In this document: positions 46,239 through 48,168 of the stretch, in pieces | Layout of the letters: every line of letters starts with the position of its first letter | Numbering within the stretch: position 1 is the first letter of the stretch | DNA from: a bacterium | Lineage (GTDB): Bacteria > JACRDZ01 > JAQUKH01 | Length of the DNA stretch: 48,168 nt | Reading direction: 5' to 3' | Assembly (NCBI GenBank): GCA_028719205.1 | Contig: JAQUKH010000021.1 | Span: 1-48,168 of the forward strand | The notes under the pieces: model-generated | Told to the model about the DNA's origin: nothing | Seen by the model: only the letters and a program-made list of their open reading frames with translations | Databases searched by the model: none | Program-made: the position numbers and the translations under genes

Positions 46239-46805
46239 ATGAAAATAAAATTCAAATTTTTTAAATGGGTAATTTTAGTATTCATAATATTTTTTTGTGC
46301 TATAGCTTTGAATACAGCCCTGGAAAATGATGAAAAAAATCCGCATAATCTTGCGGCTAATCCCGAAAACTGTTTTTATTGCCACAACAAAAGCAGTATT
46401 CCTACGGAAGAAGCGAAATTTATGAAAGTTCAATTAACACATAAATTTAAATTAGAAACAGAAGACTGCGAACAATGCCATAGCATGGATGATAGTTCTC
46501 AAACAAAACAATCGAGATATAAAAAAAGCATTCCTGAGTTATGTGTTGAACCCTGCCATCGCGATGGGGCGTTAGGCCTAAATCATCCGGTGGAGATTGT
46601 TCCTGATTTTGAGGTGCCGAGTTCTCTGCCCCTGGAAAATGGAGAGATTACCTGCGGGACATGCCACGATCCGCATAGCAGCCCGACAATAAAAACTAAA
46701 TCTTTTATCGGCTGGAAAGAGGGAAAATCTTATTTTCTTAGGATTGATAATTCACATGGAGATCTATGCCGGGTGTGTCATACCGATTATCCGGTTTTTA
46801 ATTAA
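46239..46805 (+). CDS. exported/anchored pentaheme cytochrome c (4 CxxCH + CxxxCH)
   Basis: CFYCH, CEQCH, CVEPCH, CGTCHDPH and CRVCH; 'NHPV...ITCxTCHDPH...FLR...LCxxCH' doubled-heme motif. Confidence 0.85.
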   Translation: MKIKFKFFKWVILVFIIFFCAIALNTALENDEKNPHNLAANPENCFYCHNKSSIPTEEAKFMKVQLTHKFKLETEDCEQCHSMDDSSQTKQSRYKKSIPELCVEPCHRDGALGLNHPVEIVPDFEVPSSLPLENGEITCGTCHDPHSSPTIKTKSFIGWKEGKSYFLRIDNSHGDLCRVCHTDYPVFN

Positions 46806-46839
46806 CCTCCCCTTTGTCCCCTCCTTCGCAAGGAGGGGA
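46805..46839. repeat. REP-like palindrome
   Basis: ACCTCCCCTTTG-TCCCCTCCTT-cgc-AAGGAGGGGA, a perfect 10-bp stem with no U-tract. Confidence 0.5.
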
Positions 46840-46875
46840 TTATGGGTGGTAAAAAATTCAATTTAGGCTGAAATT

Positions 46876-48000
46876 ATGAATAATAAAAATCTGAAAAAAT
46901 TAGTCAGGCCAAACCTTTTTAAGATTTCCCCATATATCCCGGGCCGGCCGAAAGAGGAAATCTGCAGGGAATTTAACCTGGCAAAAAAAGATGTAATAAA
47001 AATGGCCTCAAACGAAAATGCCTTGGGGGTATATGAAGTTATTGCTGATGAATTGAAAAAGTGCCTTGAGGAAATATATTTATATCCTGAAGGAGGAGGA
47101 AAAGAAGTTTGTAAAAAGCTGGGAGATCAATGGGGCCTTTCTCCTGATAATTTTATTCTTGGGAACGGGTGCGATGAAATTATCTCTATGGTTTGTGAAA
47201 CATTTTTAAAACCGGGGGATGAAGCAGTTATAGGTAAGCCAACATTCAGTTATTATGAAATCGCATGCCGCATAGCTGACGCTAAATGTGTTTTTGTCCC
47301 GTTAAGAAATTATAAATATGATCTTACGGATATCCTTAAAAAGATTACCTCAAAAACAAAGCTGGTTTTTATCTGTAACCCTAATAATCCTACAGGAACT
47401 ATTGTAACAAAAAAGGAAGTTGATAAATTTCTTCATTTGTTGCCGGATCATGTAATAGCGGTATTTGATGAGGCGTACGCGGAATATGTGGATGATGTAA
47501 ATTTTCCGAACAGTATGGAATATCTCCGCGGGAAAATAAATAAAAATATTATTATTTTAAGGACCTTTTCTAAAGTTTATAGTCTCGCGGGATTAAGGAT
47601 AGGATATGGTATTTCAAACAGCGAAATAATAAAATACCTTAACCTTGTGAGAAAACCTTTTAACGTAAATAGATTAGCCCAATGCGCGGCATTGGCTTCC
47701 CTGGAACACAAGGAATGGCTGGATAGATCACGGGAAATGGTTTTTGACGGTAAGGAATATCTTTATAAACAATTGGATAAGTCAGGAATTAAATATGTTC
47801 CATCGCAGGCTAATTTCCTATTAATTGAATTAGCTCGAAAGGGAGAAATAATTTCTGATAAATTGCTGGCCTATGGGATAATCGTCCGGCCAACAACCAG
47901 TTTTGGATTACCCGATTGTATCCGGGTGACTGTAGGCACAAAAAAACAGAATAAAAGATTTATTGAGGTTTTAAAGAAGATTCTACTCTTGAATTTTTAA
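46876..48000 (+). CDS. hisC: histidinol-phosphate aminotransferase
   Basis: 'KMASNEN', 'GNGCDE', 'CNPNNPTG', 'DEAY' and 'RTFSKVYSLAGLRIGY'. Confidence 0.92.
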   Translation: MNNKNLKKLVRPNLFKISPYIPGRPKEEICREFNLAKKDVIKMASNENALGVYEVIADELKKCLEEIYLYPEGGGKEVCKKLGDQWGLSPDNFILGNGCDEIISMVCETFLKPGDEAVIGKPTFSYYEIACRIADAKCVFVPLRNYKYDLTDILKKITSKTKLVFICNPNNPTGTIVTKKEVDKFLHLLPDHVIAVFDEAYAEYVDDVNFPNSMEYLRGKINKNIIILRTFSKVYSLAGLRIGYGISNSEIIKYLNLVRKPFNVNRLAQCAALASLEHKEWLDRSREMVFDGKEYLYKQLDKSGIKYVPSQANFLLIELARKGEIISDKLLAYGIIVRPTTSFGLPDCIRVTVGTKKQNKRFIEVLKKILLLNF

Positions 48001-48168
48001 TGATTTGAGCATATCGAGGTTGCGTTTGGACGTGAGATCCATCGGGTTGAGTTTTACGGCAGTAGTGAACTCCTGGATGGCGTCTTTTATCATGTTTTTG
48101 TTATAGAATGAGACTCCCAGATGATAATGCGCGGCTGCGTCGTCAGGGCTACCGTTAACAACCTTTTT
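47983..48168 (-). CDS. C-terminus of a TPR protein (runs off window)
   Basis: ...PDDAAAHYHLGVSFYNKNMIKDAIQEFTTAVKLNP...SLKIQE*. It overlaps the hisC 3' end by 18 nt. Confidence 0.75.
   Translation of the reverse strand, partial: KKVVNGSPDDAAAHYHLGVSFYNKNMIKDAIQEFTTAVKLNPMDLTSKRNLDMLKSLKIQE

Overview
AT-rich bacterial chromosome segment spanning the replication origin. It carries dnaA-dnaN-recF on the minus strand, rpmH-rnpA-yidD-yidC-mnmE on the plus strand, DnaA boxes, a parS site, parAB, mnmG and rsmG. The origin is flanked by an extensive multiheme cytochrome c system: seven cytochromes with 84 heme-binding motifs counted by eye (81 CxxCH plus 3 atypical). The centrepiece is a 1387-aa, 34-heme protein. 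Its C-terminal two-thirds is five tandem tetraheme modules whose motif order resembles the Geobacter OmcE nanowire protomer. It sits with an NHL beta-propeller, a split CbcL-like cytochrome c/cytochrome b pair and one of two paralogous 15-heme cytochromes. A System II maturation pair (ResB/CcsA) with an altered WWD motif lies about 11 kb away from the cluster. The first 2.2 kb is a minus-strand integron cassette array with no integrase in view. It has five attC-like sites, two near-identical geneless cassettes with unusually long, self-nested attC sites, a toxin-antitoxin cassette, a 24-codon mini-cassette and a decayed IS1182-like element inserted at an attC core site. Also present: a sigma54-driven operon (receiver, two ATP-grasp ligases, lysine 2,3-aminomutase) with its upstream PAS kinase/NtrC pair, a PEP-CTERM gene behind a terminator-containing leader, and a candidate structured ncRNA. 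No rRNA, tRNA or CRISPR array was seen. All family calls come from motif recognition; no database search was run.
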